Shown piece after piece: positions 20,873 through 31,319 of a stretch of 49,436 nucleotides of DNA. The position numbers and the translations under genes were made by a program. The number at the start of each line of letters is the position of its first letter. Within the stretch, counting starts at the first letter, position 1. The stretch is from an uncultured Calditrichaceae bacterium. GTDB lineage: Bacteria > Calditrichota > Calditrichia > RBG-13-44-9. The stretch covers positions 1 through 49,436 of the forward strand of contig CAZVKP010000001.1 of the NCBI GenBank assembly GCA_964627635.1, read 5' to 3'. A model generated the notes under the pieces. The model was not told where the DNA came from, searched no databases, and saw only the letters and a program-made list of their open reading frames with translations.

Positions 20873-21766
20873 ATGCAGGAAGAACCAGGGAAGAAAAGAA
20901 TTTTAGTTACAGGAAGTTCAGGGTTTTTGGGTAGATACCTCATTAAATTTGCCCCCCGGGAGTATCATCTGATCAGTCAGTTTCGCTCCAAAAAACCCGA
21001 GCCGTATGGACGAGACCTCACTTTTCTCAAAATGGATTTTTTGTCAGAAAGCTTTAAAAATTTAGAAGATCTGAAACCCAATGTTATTATTCATACCGCC
21101 GCTATGGCATCTATTGATGATTGTGAAGTAAATCCGGATAGAGCCCGTCAAATAAATTATGATGTAACTCGTAGATTAATTGATTTTGCAAGTAACTTGG
21201 ATATCCGGTTTATTTTTATTTCATCCGATGTCATATTTGATGGAGAAAGAGGAAATTATTCGGAAAGCGATTCTCCCAATCCGTTGAATATTTATGCTGA
21301 AACAAAAGTGGATGCAGAGCAATACATTCTTTCAAAAAAAGCAAATGCAGTTGTTGTGAGACCGTCATTATTTTATGGATTAGGACTTAACGGGCGACCA
21401 TCATTCACTGAGACCATGTTAAGCAATTTACGTGCGGGAAAACAGGTATTCCTGTTTACCGATCAATACCGGACACCGGTATTGGTGAACAATTTAACCG
21501 ATGCGCTGTGGGAATTGGTGAATTTGGACTTCACCGGCATCATCCATCTGGGAAATAATCACAGAATTTCCAGAATTTCGATGGGGCAATTGTTGTGTGA
21601 GTTGTTCAAACTGGATAAAAATCTTCTGGTGCCAGTGAAATCTTCTGAAGCAAAGTTAATTGCTAAACGCCCACTGGACTGTTCTTTGAATACCGACCTG
21701 GCATCTTCGCTGTTAAAAACCAGGTTTGTGGACTGCCATAGCGGATTTAACATTGCATACCATTAG
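20873..21766 (+). CDS. NAD(P)-dependent sugar-nucleotide reductase/epimerase, RmlD (dTDP-4-dehydrorhamnose reductase)-like
   Basis: The Rossmann motif ILVTGSSGFLGRYL and the catalytic YAETK (YxxxK) are present, and the length is about 297 aa. Confidence 0.7.
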   Translation: MQEEPGKKRILVTGSSGFLGRYLIKFAPREYHLISQFRSKKPEPYGRDLTFLKMDFLSESFKNLEDLKPNVIIHTAAMASIDDCEVNPDRARQINYDVTRRLIDFASNLDIRFIFISSDVIFDGERGNYSESDSPNPLNIYAETKVDAEQYILSKKANAVVVRPSLFYGLGLNGRPSFTETMLSNLRAGKQVFLFTDQYRTPVLVNNLTDALWELVNLDFTGIIHLGNNHRISRISMGQLLCELFKLDKNLLVPVKSSEAKLIAKRPLDCSLNTDLASSLLKTRFVDCHSGFNIAYH

Positions 21767-22662
21767 AAACGGGTCATTTCCCGAATTTTTTTAACCCGTT
21801 CTTCGATATCATCCCGGCTAATTGATTTTAGGCGCTCGAAACTAAAGGATTCCACATTAAAAGAAGCGACGGTGCTGCCATACACTACCGCCCGCCTGAT
21901 ATTTTCCGGTGTTATCTCCTTTTCACTGGCGAGGTAACCAAGAAAACCCCCCGCAAATGTGTCACCTGCACCGGTGGGATCAATCACCTTTTCAACCGGA
22001 TATGCCGGCACAAAAAACATATCATTCTCTGTTAGTAGAAGTGCTCCATGTTCTCCCTTTTTAATCACTAGTATTTTAGGACCTTGTTTGAATAGTCTGC
22101 GGGCAGCCTGATGGATTTGATAGATTCCGGTTAATTCCCGAATCTCTTCATCATTTAAAATCATTACATCCACTTTTTGGATAACATTTTCCAATGCCTT
22201 TTTACTACCGCTAATCCAAAAATTCATGGTATCCAGCACAGTCAGTTGGGGAGATTGTACACTGTTTAACACTTCCAATTGTAATTCAGGATCTATATTG
22301 GCCAGAAAGATAAAGTTGCTGTCACTATAGTTTGGCGGGATCTTTGGTTGGAAGGTTTCGAACACATTTAAATAAGTAAAAAGGGTATCTCTTTGATTCA
22401 TATTTTCATGATATCGCCCGCCCCAGCGGAAGGTTTCTCCTTCCTCAACGGTAACTCCGGCGAGGTCAACCTTTCGTTCGTTCAGAAATTGAATATTATC
22501 CATGTTGAAATCCTGTCCCACCACTCCCACTACATTAACCGGGGCAAAGAAGCTTGCGGCAGTACTAAAATAGAGAGCGGAACCTCCCAAAGATTCATCA
22601 ACTTTTCCGGTTGGTGTTTCCACACTGTCTATCGCAATGGAACCCACAACTAATATTGACAT
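21763..22662 (-). CDS. PfkB-family carbohydrate/nucleoside kinase
   Basis: The DPTGAGDTFAGGF signature and the N-terminal LGGSALYF-type region are present. Confidence 0.8.
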   Translation of the reverse strand: MSILVVGSIAIDSVETPTGKVDESLGGSALYFSTAASFFAPVNVVGVVGQDFNMDNIQFLNERKVDLAGVTVEEGETFRWGGRYHENMNQRDTLFTYLNVFETFQPKIPPNYSDSNFIFLANIDPELQLEVLNSVQSPQLTVLDTMNFWISGSKKALENVIQKVDVMILNDEEIRELTGIYQIHQAARRLFKQGPKILVIKKGEHGALLLTENDMFFVPAYPVEKVIDPTGAGDTFAGGFLGYLASEKEITPENIRRAVVYGSTVASFNVESFSFERLKSISRDDIEERVKKIREMTRF

Positions 22663-22755
22663 AATGTATTCCCTTCAAAAATTAAATTTGATATTCAAAT
22701 GCATAAGTTAGTTGATGCGGGATTTGCTTAATATAAAGTCATATAATTATGTTGA

Positions 22756-24393
22756 TCACATTTTCTCCGGTGCAGAAATTCCCAGTAAATGAAATCCATT
22801 GGCTAATACCGTCTTGCTTGCCAGGCAGAGGGCTAAACGGGCTTGAGTGATGGTTTCATTGTCAGTTAAAACCCGACATTCGGTATAAAACTTATGAAAA
22901 GCGGTTGATACATCTGAAAGATATTGTGGCATTAAATGTAAAGCAAATTCTTTACTGCAACGAACCGCAATGCGAGGGAATTCCATCAATTTTTTGATTA
23001 GCTGTAATTCGCTGGATTCAATCAAATAACTTAAATCCGGTTTTCCGTTAAACTGTTTTCCCTGTTCTTCTGCATTTCTCAGAATGCTGCATATTCTCGC
23101 ATGTGCATATTGATTGTAATATACCGGGTTTTCATCCGATTGTGTTTTTGCCAATGTTAAATCAAAATTTAAGTGGCTATCCATGCTCCGCATCAGAAAG
23201 AACCAACGTGTTACGTCTGCTCCTATTTCCTCAAGCAGTTCATCTAAAGTTACAAAATTTGCCTTTCGGGTGGACATTTTTACTTTATCTTTTCCCTGAT
23301 AGAGAGTCACAAATTGATGGATGAGTACCCTAACTTTCTCTTTATTATAGCCTAATGCTTCAATGCCTGCCAAAACATCCGGGTAAGTCGCAATATGGTC
23401 TGCGCCGAATAAGTCTACAATTAAATCGAATCCTCGCTCAAATTTTGTCTTATGATATGCGATATCCGGTAGCCGATAGGTTGGTTCACCGCTACTCTTC
23501 ACAATCACTCTGTCCTGATCCAAGCCGAATTCAGTGGACCGAAACCAGAGTGCGCCATCTTTTTCATACGCCAGATTTTTGTCCTTAAAAATCCGAATGA
23601 GTTCATCAATATTTCCCTGGTCGTAAAGTTCTTTTTCATTAAAGAAAACATCAAAGGAAATGCCAAGCTGCGAAAGGGTGTTTTTAATATCTTTAAAAAT
23701 CAGTTGTTCGGCAGTATCTTTAAAAATAGCAATTTCTTCTTGAAATTTTAAGGAATCGCCATGGGTTTCGTAAAGTTGTTGCGCAACAGCCTGAATATAT
23801 CCACCCTGATAATAATCATCCGGAAATTCAATTTTTTCACCAGTTAATTGTAAATATCGCAAGCGAACACTTTCTCCCAATACCCGCATCTGTCTGCCAG
23901 CGTTGTTAAAATAGTATTCCCGGGTGACCTGATACCCTGCCCATTCCATAAAATTTGCTAATGTATCGCCTAGTACCGCCTGCCGGCCGTGTCCGATAGT
24001 AAGTGGACCGGTGGGATTAGCACTCACAAATTCCACTTGTGCCTTCTTGCCAACGCCGAAATTTAATCTGCCAAAATCGGATTTTTCTTTAAGGATATCT
24101 TTTACAGTATTTTGCAAAAGATGGGGAGTAAAAAAGAAATTGATAAATCCTGCCCCTGCAATTTCTACCTTCCCGATAAGAGTTGTGTCTATTTTAAGTT
24201 GATCGACAATATTTTGGGCAATCTGCCGGGGATTTTGTTTAAGTTGCGGTGCGAGTTGCATCGCCACATTTATGCTGAGGTCACCATGTTGTTCCAATTT
24301 GGGAATATCGAAATCAAACTCAATTTTTGGATAAGATAAATTGGTGAGGACCTTGTTAATTTCTTTCTTCAAATACGATTCTATCTGAAACAT
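22756..24393 (-). CDS. argS: Arginine--tRNA ligase
   Basis: SANPTGPLTIGHGR (HIGH-like), MSTRK (KMSKS-like) and a DALR-type C-terminal domain are present. The start is chosen at MFQIESYLKKEI; the 22-codon upstream extension to 24459 lies within the rsfS coding region (24356-24736). Confidence 0.9.
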   Translation of the reverse strand: MFQIESYLKKEINKVLTNLSYPKIEFDFDIPKLEQHGDLSINVAMQLAPQLKQNPRQIAQNIVDQLKIDTTLIGKVEIAGAGFINFFFTPHLLQNTVKDILKEKSDFGRLNFGVGKKAQVEFVSANPTGPLTIGHGRQAVLGDTLANFMEWAGYQVTREYYFNNAGRQMRVLGESVRLRYLQLTGEKIEFPDDYYQGGYIQAVAQQLYETHGDSLKFQEEIAIFKDTAEQLIFKDIKNTLSQLGISFDVFFNEKELYDQGNIDELIRIFKDKNLAYEKDGALWFRSTEFGLDQDRVIVKSSGEPTYRLPDIAYHKTKFERGFDLIVDLFGADHIATYPDVLAGIEALGYNKEKVRVLIHQFVTLYQGKDKVKMSTRKANFVTLDELLEEIGADVTRWFFLMRSMDSHLNFDLTLAKTQSDENPVYYNQYAHARICSILRNAEEQGKQFNGKPDLSYLIESSELQLIKKLMEFPRIAVRCSKEFALHLMPQYLSDVSTAFHKFYTECRVLTDNETITQARLALCLASKTVLANGFHLLGISAPEKM

Positions 24394-24736
24394 CTTCCTC
24401 CACTTGTAATATGCGTGCATCTCCCCACAACTTTTCCAGCGAATAAAAATCTCGGGCATGGGGACGGAAAATATGGATGACCACTTCTATATAATCAAGT
24501 ACGACCCAATTTAATTTTTCAAAACCTTCTTTGTGCCAGGGAGGTATGTCCTGTGATTCCAATTGATCTTCCACCGCATCAGAAATCGCTTTTACGTGTA
24601 AATCAGATTCCCCGGTTACTAAGATGTAATAATCCGTTACATCTGTCAACTTTCGGACATCTAAAATGAGGATGTCATCACCCTTTTTTTCCCAGGCAAC
24701 CTTTGCCATAATTTTTGCTAATTCGGTAGAGGTCAA
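24356..24736 (-). CDS. rsfS: Ribosome silencing factor RsfS (iojap-like)
   Basis: KKGDDILILDVRKLTDVTDYYILVTGESDLHVKAISDAV...DYIEVVIHIF is the typical RsfS sequence. Confidence 0.85.
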   Translation of the reverse strand: MTSTELAKIMAKVAWEKKGDDILILDVRKLTDVTDYYILVTGESDLHVKAISDAVEDQLESQDIPPWHKEGFEKLNWVVLDYIEVVIHIFRPHARDFYSLEKLWGDARILQVEEDVSDRIVFEERN

Positions 24737-24745
24737 TGTATCTCC

Positions 24746-25393
24746 TTATTTATTATTGAATGGAGTTAATTCTTTATAATCCTTACCCAAAATTAATGAA
24801 GCATCCAATTGTCTGTTACGATCGATTTCTTGCTCCACATGATTTTCATTAATCCCCAGAACTTCGGCAAGTTTTTCTGCATTTTCCCGGTTGCCAATTC
24901 GGTCAATAATAATTGTTTCTTTGACATCAAAATTTTTATAATTACCCATATACACAACATCAAATTCATTTTTGCGTAAAAATTTAGTTGTTTTTAATGC
25001 AATACCATCAACACCACATCCATTTAAAACTTCAATTTGTGTTTTCTGTACCACCGGATTTACGACCGCTGCTCTCTCATTTTTTGTAGGATCGTTTTCT
25101 GAGGTTTCTAATGCTTGTTCTTCCGGTGGTTGTGATGTTTCTGCTATATCTTTAGTAGCTTTTTCCGCATTAGATTTATTATTCAAAACTGAAGGAAAAT
25201 CGAGCGACTTTGCACCATAATAAATACCAAAAAGAATTGCGACGACCACAATTCCGTAAAATATAGGTTTTAAGAACTTAAAGGAAAATTTTTGTGAAGG
25301 GAGTTTAGGAGTCTTTTTATTTTGATCTAATTCTTTGTAAACAATTCGTCGAATTTTTTTATTAGACAGATCTCTGCGTGTTCTTCTCGCCAA
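24746..25393 (-). CDS. Membrane-anchored LytR_C (LytR/CpsA/Psr C-terminal) domain protein
   Basis: A single TM helix (IFYGIVVVAILFGIYY) is followed by IEVLNGCGVDGIALKTTKFLRKNEFDVVYMGN, which is typical of LytR_C. Confidence 0.6.
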   Translation of the reverse strand: MARRTRRDLSNKKIRRIVYKELDQNKKTPKLPSQKFSFKFLKPIFYGIVVVAILFGIYYGAKSLDFPSVLNNKSNAEKATKDIAETSQPPEEQALETSENDPTKNERAAVVNPVVQKTQIEVLNGCGVDGIALKTTKFLRKNEFDVVYMGNYKNFDVKETIIIDRIGNRENAEKLAEVLGINENHVEQEIDRNRQLDASLILGKDYKELTPFNNK

Positions 25394-25416
25394 CCTATAA
25401 CTTCTCCTCTACTTTC

Positions 25417-25899
25417 CTATCGACCATACCCGAGCCAGTTGTTGTAGTTGTTGTAATATCCCGGTCCATAATAGCCGGGACTGATATTTACACCAACTTT
25501 AACCATACTGTTTTCTGTCGGACGATAAAAAAGTTCAGCACCACCAAAAAATTGTGTGTTGTCTAAAGCAGAGGTATTTACTGAATTGTTGAATGAATTA
25601 TATGGTGTGTTCATAATGCCCACATTGAAACGAAGCAAAAGGGGATCGCTAACACGATAGTTAATCGTATTGGTGTAAGTATTCACCATCATACCGTTTC
25701 CGCCCAGACCGTAATAACCCATTGAAAAACTGTGGTTCATGTCAATCTTATCGGAATTCAAAAAACCGAGTATGAGATTATTTGCCGGTTTTCCAACTAT
25801 TTGCGAGAAGGATGGTACTTCCGCTTGCTCTTTAAATTGACCAAAACTTAATGCGGGAATGAGAATAAATAACAAAACGATTAAACTCTTTTTCATCAC
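25417..25899 (-). CDS. Small secreted protein of unknown function with a Tyr/Asn/Gly-rich C-terminus
   Basis: The signal peptide is MMKKSLIVLLFILIPALSFGQ. No family was recognised. Confidence 0.4.
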   Translation of the reverse strand: MMKKSLIVLLFILIPALSFGQFKEQAEVPSFSQIVGKPANNLILGFLNSDKIDMNHSFSMGYYGLGGNGMMVNTYTNTINYRVSDPLLLRFNVGIMNTPYNSFNNSVNTSALDNTQFFGGAELFYRPTENSMVKVGVNISPGYYGPGYYNNYNNWLGYGR

Positions 25900-26601
25900 A
25901 GCCTCCTTTTACGAAACCTTCAATTATACCTTACATTAAAGGTTTTTAAATGTTCCATACAAATCTAATGAAATTTTTGGCAAAAATAAAGATTAATTTA
26001 TGGCAGGTAGGGGATATCATTGATTTAATTTTGAATAATTCTTTGTCCCTTACACTGTTGTCACTTTATATAAAAGACCCGAAGGCAACAATTTGCATAC
26101 CGCATTGAAAAAAACTGAATTTCTGGAGCAATTTTGATATTTTTTTCAAAATAAAGTTTTAAAATGTTTCTCCTTTTAACATTTTATTTTCCTTATGACT
26201 TGTTGCATGCCGACACCGTGTGGGAGCCTTTGTGGTAAAAATTTATAAATGGTAGCAGGTAAATAAAATAATTCTACTTCCTAAGCGGTATTTTCTATTT
26301 TTTTTATAAATATCTTTAAAATCAGGCAATTACTATTTTTGCTTAATTTTTGACTTTCGGTAATCTTTAGTTAATACGGCTTGTTTTTATCCAATTAACT
26401 GAAATGCCTGCGTTTTAATAAATATATTTTATTTTAAACTTAATCTCATTATTTTATGTTCAATAAAATTAAGACAAAAGCATGTGTAATCTGGCTTGGT
26501 TTATGAATGATGTTTTGTTGGAAATAACAAAGGGAAGCTCAACTAAAATACTGTAACCTAATTATTTGGCGTATTACCAATAAAATCTAATCTGGAGCTA
26601 T

Positions 26602-28101
26602 ATGAAAATCCGTTTAATCAACCGGGATTTTGAGCAGGAAAAAGTAGATCTGATTGCGGTCCCGGTTTTTGCTGACGATAAGAAATTTCCGGAACGAATA
26701 AATTTCCTGGCACATCAAATGACACCGGACCCGGAAAAGGTGCTGGGACGACCTGATTTTGAGTGCAAACTTAATCAATATCGGATTGTTTATACCACAA
26801 GTGAGGAATTTCCGGTTGTTGCTTTTGTTGGGGCCGGCAAGATAAATGAATGGAATTTGGAGAAGTCTCGACAATTGTGGGGGACCGTCTTAAAAATTTC
26901 CCATGAATTGAAAATACTAAATCCGGGGATTTACTGGGACGACGATTTACCAATTTCCGGCACTATTTCCTCTTTTTTACCGGAAATGGTTGCGGCACTC
27001 AAAACTGCCGAATACCGTGTCAGAGAGTTTATTTCACAAAAAGAAGATATGCCGCCGCAAGTGCAGGAAGTCACTATATTTTTCCCGAATGCTGATGAAA
27101 GTAAGAAAAAATTTATTGAAATTGGGGAAAAACTGGGAGATAGTGTTAATATTGCGCGCCGCTTAGCTGAGTCTCCTGCCAACCAGTTGACACCCGAAAA
27201 ATTTGTAGAAGAGGTAACCGTTTTTGGTGAGCAATATCAGTGGGAACTTGAAATTCTTGATAGAGCCAAGATGGAAGAGCTGGGGATGAACTCATTATTG
27301 GCTGTATCTTTGGGGAGTGAACATCCCCCATATTTAGCTATCGCCTCATATCGACATAAAAAAGCAAAAAGGACGGTTGGTATTGTTGGAAAAGGTGTCA
27401 CATTCGATACCGGTGGAATTTCCATTAAACCTTCCAAAAAAATGGAAGACATGAAATATGATATGAGTGGCGCCGCGGCGGTATTGGGAGCGCTCAATGC
27501 TATAAGCGCAACTCAGCTTCCGGTAAATGTGGTAGCGGCTATGCCTTTAGTGGAAAATATGCCCTCCGGTAAAGCGATTCGTCCCGGAGATGTGGTAAAG
27601 AGTTATTCCGGAAAAACAATAGAAGTAATCAATACCGACGCCGAGGGACGATTAATTTTAGCGGATACTTTAAGCTATGTGGAGAAAAAATATAAACCGG
27701 AATTCATAGTGGATTTAGCCACACTTACCGGTTCTGTGGTAGTGGCATTAGGACATATGGGAGCTGCTGTTCTTTCCACAAATACCGATTTACTTGAGAA
27801 TTTACAGGAAGCTTCCAATATATCCGGTGAGAAAATCTGGGAACTTCCCCTCTGGGAAGAGTATCAGGAAATCATGAAAAGTAAAATTGCAGATATTCGG
27901 AATATTTCATCAAGTCCGCAGGCTGGTGTGATTACCGCAGCGATGTTCCTGAAATATTTTATCGAAAAAACGGCATGGGCGCATCTGGATATTGCCGGTA
28001 CTGCTTGGGAAATGCCGGAAAAATCCTATCGTCCCGCAGGTTCAACGGGGTTTGGTGTAAGGCTGTTGTGGCAATGGGCAAATATTTTGGCAAGTGAATA
28101 A
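26602..28101 (+). CDS. pepA: Leucyl aminopeptidase (M17)
   Basis: VGKGVTFDTGGISIKP and NTDAEGRLILAD motifs are present. Confidence 0.9.
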   Translation: MKIRLINRDFEQEKVDLIAVPVFADDKKFPERINFLAHQMTPDPEKVLGRPDFECKLNQYRIVYTTSEEFPVVAFVGAGKINEWNLEKSRQLWGTVLKISHELKILNPGIYWDDDLPISGTISSFLPEMVAALKTAEYRVREFISQKEDMPPQVQEVTIFFPNADESKKKFIEIGEKLGDSVNIARRLAESPANQLTPEKFVEEVTVFGEQYQWELEILDRAKMEELGMNSLLAVSLGSEHPPYLAIASYRHKKAKRTVGIVGKGVTFDTGGISIKPSKKMEDMKYDMSGAAAVLGALNAISATQLPVNVVAAMPLVENMPSGKAIRPGDVVKSYSGKTIEVINTDAEGRLILADTLSYVEKKYKPEFIVDLATLTGSVVVALGHMGAAVLSTNTDLLENLQEASNISGEKIWELPLWEEYQEIMKSKIADIRNISSSPQAGVITAAMFLKYFIEKTAWAHLDIAGTAWEMPEKSYRPAGSTGFGVRLLWQWANILASE

Positions 28102-28274
28102 GCAAGTTTTTACATAAGTTCGATTTAATTTAATTAACAGGCACAAGCCAGGTTACCCTGGTATAAAAAATGCTCGATGGCTTTTGCTGCGCTCAATATG
28201 AAATAAATTTATTTACATCTACCACTTCATTTCAGTAGATGTATGAATATCACAAGCAATATATTGACCTGGCT

Positions 28275-29084
28275 ATGAACAAAATGATCGACATCCATAA
28301 TCATCTTATTCCCAAATTTGATGATGGACCGCAATCATTGGATGAATCCATCGAAATGCTGCGCCAGGCAAGTGCACAAGGAATTACCGATGTGTTTGCC
28401 ACCTCTCATTTTAATGAATACATTCCAAAAGAAATGGAAGACGAATATTTTAGCAAACTTCAGGAATTGCGTGAAGAAGTTTTGACTGAGGGGATTGGTG
28501 TCAATATTTATTCCGGCTCGGAAATCTTTTATCACCATTATGTGGATACAACTATCAAATCCAATAAGGTAACAACCCTGGGCGGCTGGGGACAATACGT
28601 GCTGATCGAATTTCCCATGTTTCAAATGCCGGACGGTGTGGAAGATGTTTTGTTTCGTCTCTCTGTGGAAAATTATATCCCCATTGTTGCGCATCCGGAA
28701 CGTTATAATGCAATTATCGAACGTCCCCAGAAAGCCCTCGATTTTATCAGGTATGGCGGTTTACTTCAGTTAAATGGTGGTAGCGTATTAGGTCACTTTG
28801 GCAGAGAAGTTCAAAAAGTAAGCATACAACTCCTGGAAGATTGGGTGGTTCATTTTATCGGGTCCGATGCCCATTCACCGGATAGTCGTACTTTTGTGTT
28901 ACAGGATGTTTATTCCTTCTTGAAAGATAAATTTTCAGAATCGTATCTGAATCAACTTTTATATAAAAATCCACAAAAAATCATTGATGAAGTTCGGATT
29001 GAGAAAGTCCATTTACCATCGCAGAAGAAAAATGAGGGTTTTTTGGGGAAATTAAAAAAGCAATTCAAGAAGTCATTTCAATAA
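28275..29084 (+). CDS. PHP-family protein-tyrosine phosphatase (CpsB/YwqE-like); start ambiguous (28239, 28275 or 28284)
   Basis: MIDIHNHLIPKFDDGP matches the N-terminus of the CpsB/YwqE family, and GSDAHS lies near the C-terminus. Confidence 0.7.
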   Translation: MNKMIDIHNHLIPKFDDGPQSLDESIEMLRQASAQGITDVFATSHFNEYIPKEMEDEYFSKLQELREEVLTEGIGVNIYSGSEIFYHHYVDTTIKSNKVTTLGGWGQYVLIEFPMFQMPDGVEDVLFRLSVENYIPIVAHPERYNAIIERPQKALDFIRYGGLLQLNGGSVLGHFGREVQKVSIQLLEDWVVHFIGSDAHSPDSRTFVLQDVYSFLKDKFSESYLNQLLYKNPQKIIDEVRIEKVHLPSQKKNEGFLGKLKKQFKKSFQ

Positions 29085-29122
29085 GTTAGTTGATAAATAT
29101 TTTAATACTTAAGGAGGTCGAT

Positions 29123-31147
29123 ATGCCCCCTGATGTTCCGACCAGAGAAATTTATTGGAATATTAATGGCATCATCTGGATGTATGTGCTTTTGCTGTTT
29201 ACGGTAATTATATTCGCCTGGAAATTTTACCGTCGTTACAAATTATGGAAACTGGGGCAACCTGAAAACAGATTAGATAATATTCCTGAAAGACTGCGGC
29301 TGGTGTGGCGCTATGCCTTAGGACAGGGAAGAGTGGTAAAACAGAAATATCCCGGAATTATGCATTTGTTGTTGTATAGCGGCTTTGTTATTCTGTTTAT
29401 TGGCACGGTTCTCATTTTTATCCAGGTGGATTTTACCGAACCGTTGTTTTCCATAAAATTTCTGCACTCAACCTTTTACCTTTTTTATTCAGTGACTTTG
29501 GATGTTTTCGGAATACTGGCGATTGTGGGCATTATTCTGGCAGCCTATCGCCGGATATTTATTAAACCGGTTAATTTAAAACAGCGCAGGGACGATGTAA
29601 TCATACTAACCTCTTTTTTAATTATTTTAATTACCGGCTTTATTATAGAAGGACTTAGGATTGGCGTTTTAAAACCGGAATGGGGTTTATGGTCGCCAGC
29701 CGGATATGGCTTAGCCAAGGTGTTTTCGGGATTGGGTTTTACTCAATTGGGTATGAAAACAGCTCATGCATGGACCTGGTGGTTTCACCTGGTAATTTCT
29801 CTGGCGTTTGTGGCATATATTCCCTACTCAAAATTATTTCACATTTTTACAACTCCACTCAACATCTTCTTTCAGTCACTGGAGCCCAAAGGTGCTTTGA
29901 ACAAAATGGAATTAGAGGAATTGGAAAATTTCGGTTCATCACGAATTGATCATTTTTCCTGGAAAGAATTGATGGATTTGGATGCCTGCACCGAGTGTGG
30001 GCGTTGCTCTGATGTTTGTCCCGCAACCGTTACTCAAAAGGCATTATCCCCCATGAAAGTGATCCTGGATTTGAGAGATCATCTCAGTCAAGTGGGTCCT
30101 TCCATGCTTAAAGCTGATAATCCCGAAAATGTAGAAAGTCCCATCCAAATGGTTGGAGAAGCGGTTCTGGATGAAGAACTCTGGGGATGCACAACCTGTC
30201 GGGCTTGCCAAGAAGCCTGTCCGGTATATATTGAACATATCCCCACAATCCTGGAAATGCGTCGTCATCTCGTTCTGGAAGAGAGCCGTTTTCCGAGTGA
30301 AGTAACCAATACGTTCAAAAATATGGAAACCAATGGAAACCCCTGGGGCATTTCCGCGGAAGATCGGGAAAAATGGGCGACGGGATTGGAGGTACCGAAA
30401 ATGCGGGAAGTGAATGGGGAGGTTGAATATCTGTTTTGGGTGGGATGTGCAGGTGCGTATGACGCTCGAAGCCAAAAAGTGGCACAGGCAATGGTTAAAA
30501 TATTAAATGAAGCTGGCGTAGATTATGCGATTTTGGGCCAGGAAGAAACCTGCAATGGCGATCCCGCAAGGCGAATTGGTAATGAATACTTGTTTCAGAT
30601 TTTAGCCGAACAAAATGTGGAGACTCTCAGTCAATATCAATTTAAGAAAATTCTGACGTTTTGCCCGCACTGTTTCAATACCCTGGCAAATGAGTACGGA
30701 CAGTTTGGTGGCAATTATCAAGTAGTGCACCACACCGACCTGTTGGATGAACTGATAAAGTCCGGAAAAATCAAATTGCAAAAAGATTTGAAACAGACTA
30801 TTACATATCATGATTCCTGTTATCTGGGAAGGCATAATGATATTTATGATTCACCCCGGAATATCCTGCAAGCGATTCCCGGTGTTAATTTAAAGGAGAT
30901 GGCTCGGTCACGGGAAAATGGGTTCTGTTGTGGTGCGGGTGGAGGTCGCATGTGGATGGAGGAGGAGCATCCCAAAGTAAACCATAACCGTGTTGATGAA
31001 GCCGCCGGTTTAAATCCGGATACTATTGGTACCGCCTGCCCATTTTGTGCCACCATGATCGGTGATGGTATCAACGAAACGAGACGTGAAGAACAAATTG
31101 AAGGTAAAGATGTCGCACTGCTGGTGGCAGAAGCAATGGAAATTTAG
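29123..31147 (+). CDS. Membrane-bound Fe-S oxidoreductase: NarI/DsrM-like multi-TM N-domain fused to an HdrD/DsrK-like domain with 2x[4Fe-4S] and CCG motifs
   Basis: CTECGRCSDVCP and CTTCRACQEACP ferredoxin motifs and CCG-type motifs (CPHCFNTL, CCGAGGG) are present, with about 5-6 N-terminal TM helices. AAGGAGG lies 6 nt upstream of the ATG at 29123. Confidence 0.75.
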   Translation: MPPDVPTREIYWNINGIIWMYVLLLFTVIIFAWKFYRRYKLWKLGQPENRLDNIPERLRLVWRYALGQGRVVKQKYPGIMHLLLYSGFVILFIGTVLIFIQVDFTEPLFSIKFLHSTFYLFYSVTLDVFGILAIVGIILAAYRRIFIKPVNLKQRRDDVIILTSFLIILITGFIIEGLRIGVLKPEWGLWSPAGYGLAKVFSGLGFTQLGMKTAHAWTWWFHLVISLAFVAYIPYSKLFHIFTTPLNIFFQSLEPKGALNKMELEELENFGSSRIDHFSWKELMDLDACTECGRCSDVCPATVTQKALSPMKVILDLRDHLSQVGPSMLKADNPENVESPIQMVGEAVLDEELWGCTTCRACQEACPVYIEHIPTILEMRRHLVLEESRFPSEVTNTFKNMETNGNPWGISAEDREKWATGLEVPKMREVNGEVEYLFWVGCAGAYDARSQKVAQAMVKILNEAGVDYAILGQEETCNGDPARRIGNEYLFQILAEQNVETLSQYQFKKILTFCPHCFNTLANEYGQFGGNYQVVHHTDLLDELIKSGKIKLQKDLKQTITYHDSCYLGRHNDIYDSPRNILQAIPGVNLKEMARSRENGFCCGAGGGRMWMEEEHPKVNHNRVDEAAGLNPDTIGTACPFCATMIGDGINETRREEQIEGKDVALLVAEAMEI

Positions 31148-31253
31148 TAATTATTGCTAATGGTTTGAAATAGATGAGGTTCTGAAATTTTCATAAAAAA
31201 TTGTTTGTCTTTAAATCTATTGGGAATTATATTTAAAAAAAATAAAAAACACT

Positions 31254-31319
31254 ATGACTACTGAGAGCAAAAAATATTTTAGCATTTATTATTTTTGGTA
31301 TTATTATGGAGCTATATAA
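31254..31319 (+). CDS. Putative 21-codon leader peptide MTTESKKYFSIYYFWYYYGAI of the aromatic amino acid operon attenuator
   Basis: Codons 8-18 contain 6 Tyr, 2 Phe and 1 Trp. The stop at 31317-31319 lies 6 nt upstream of the alternative-pairing segment. Confidence 0.7.
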   Translation: MTTESKKYFSIYYFWYYYGAI

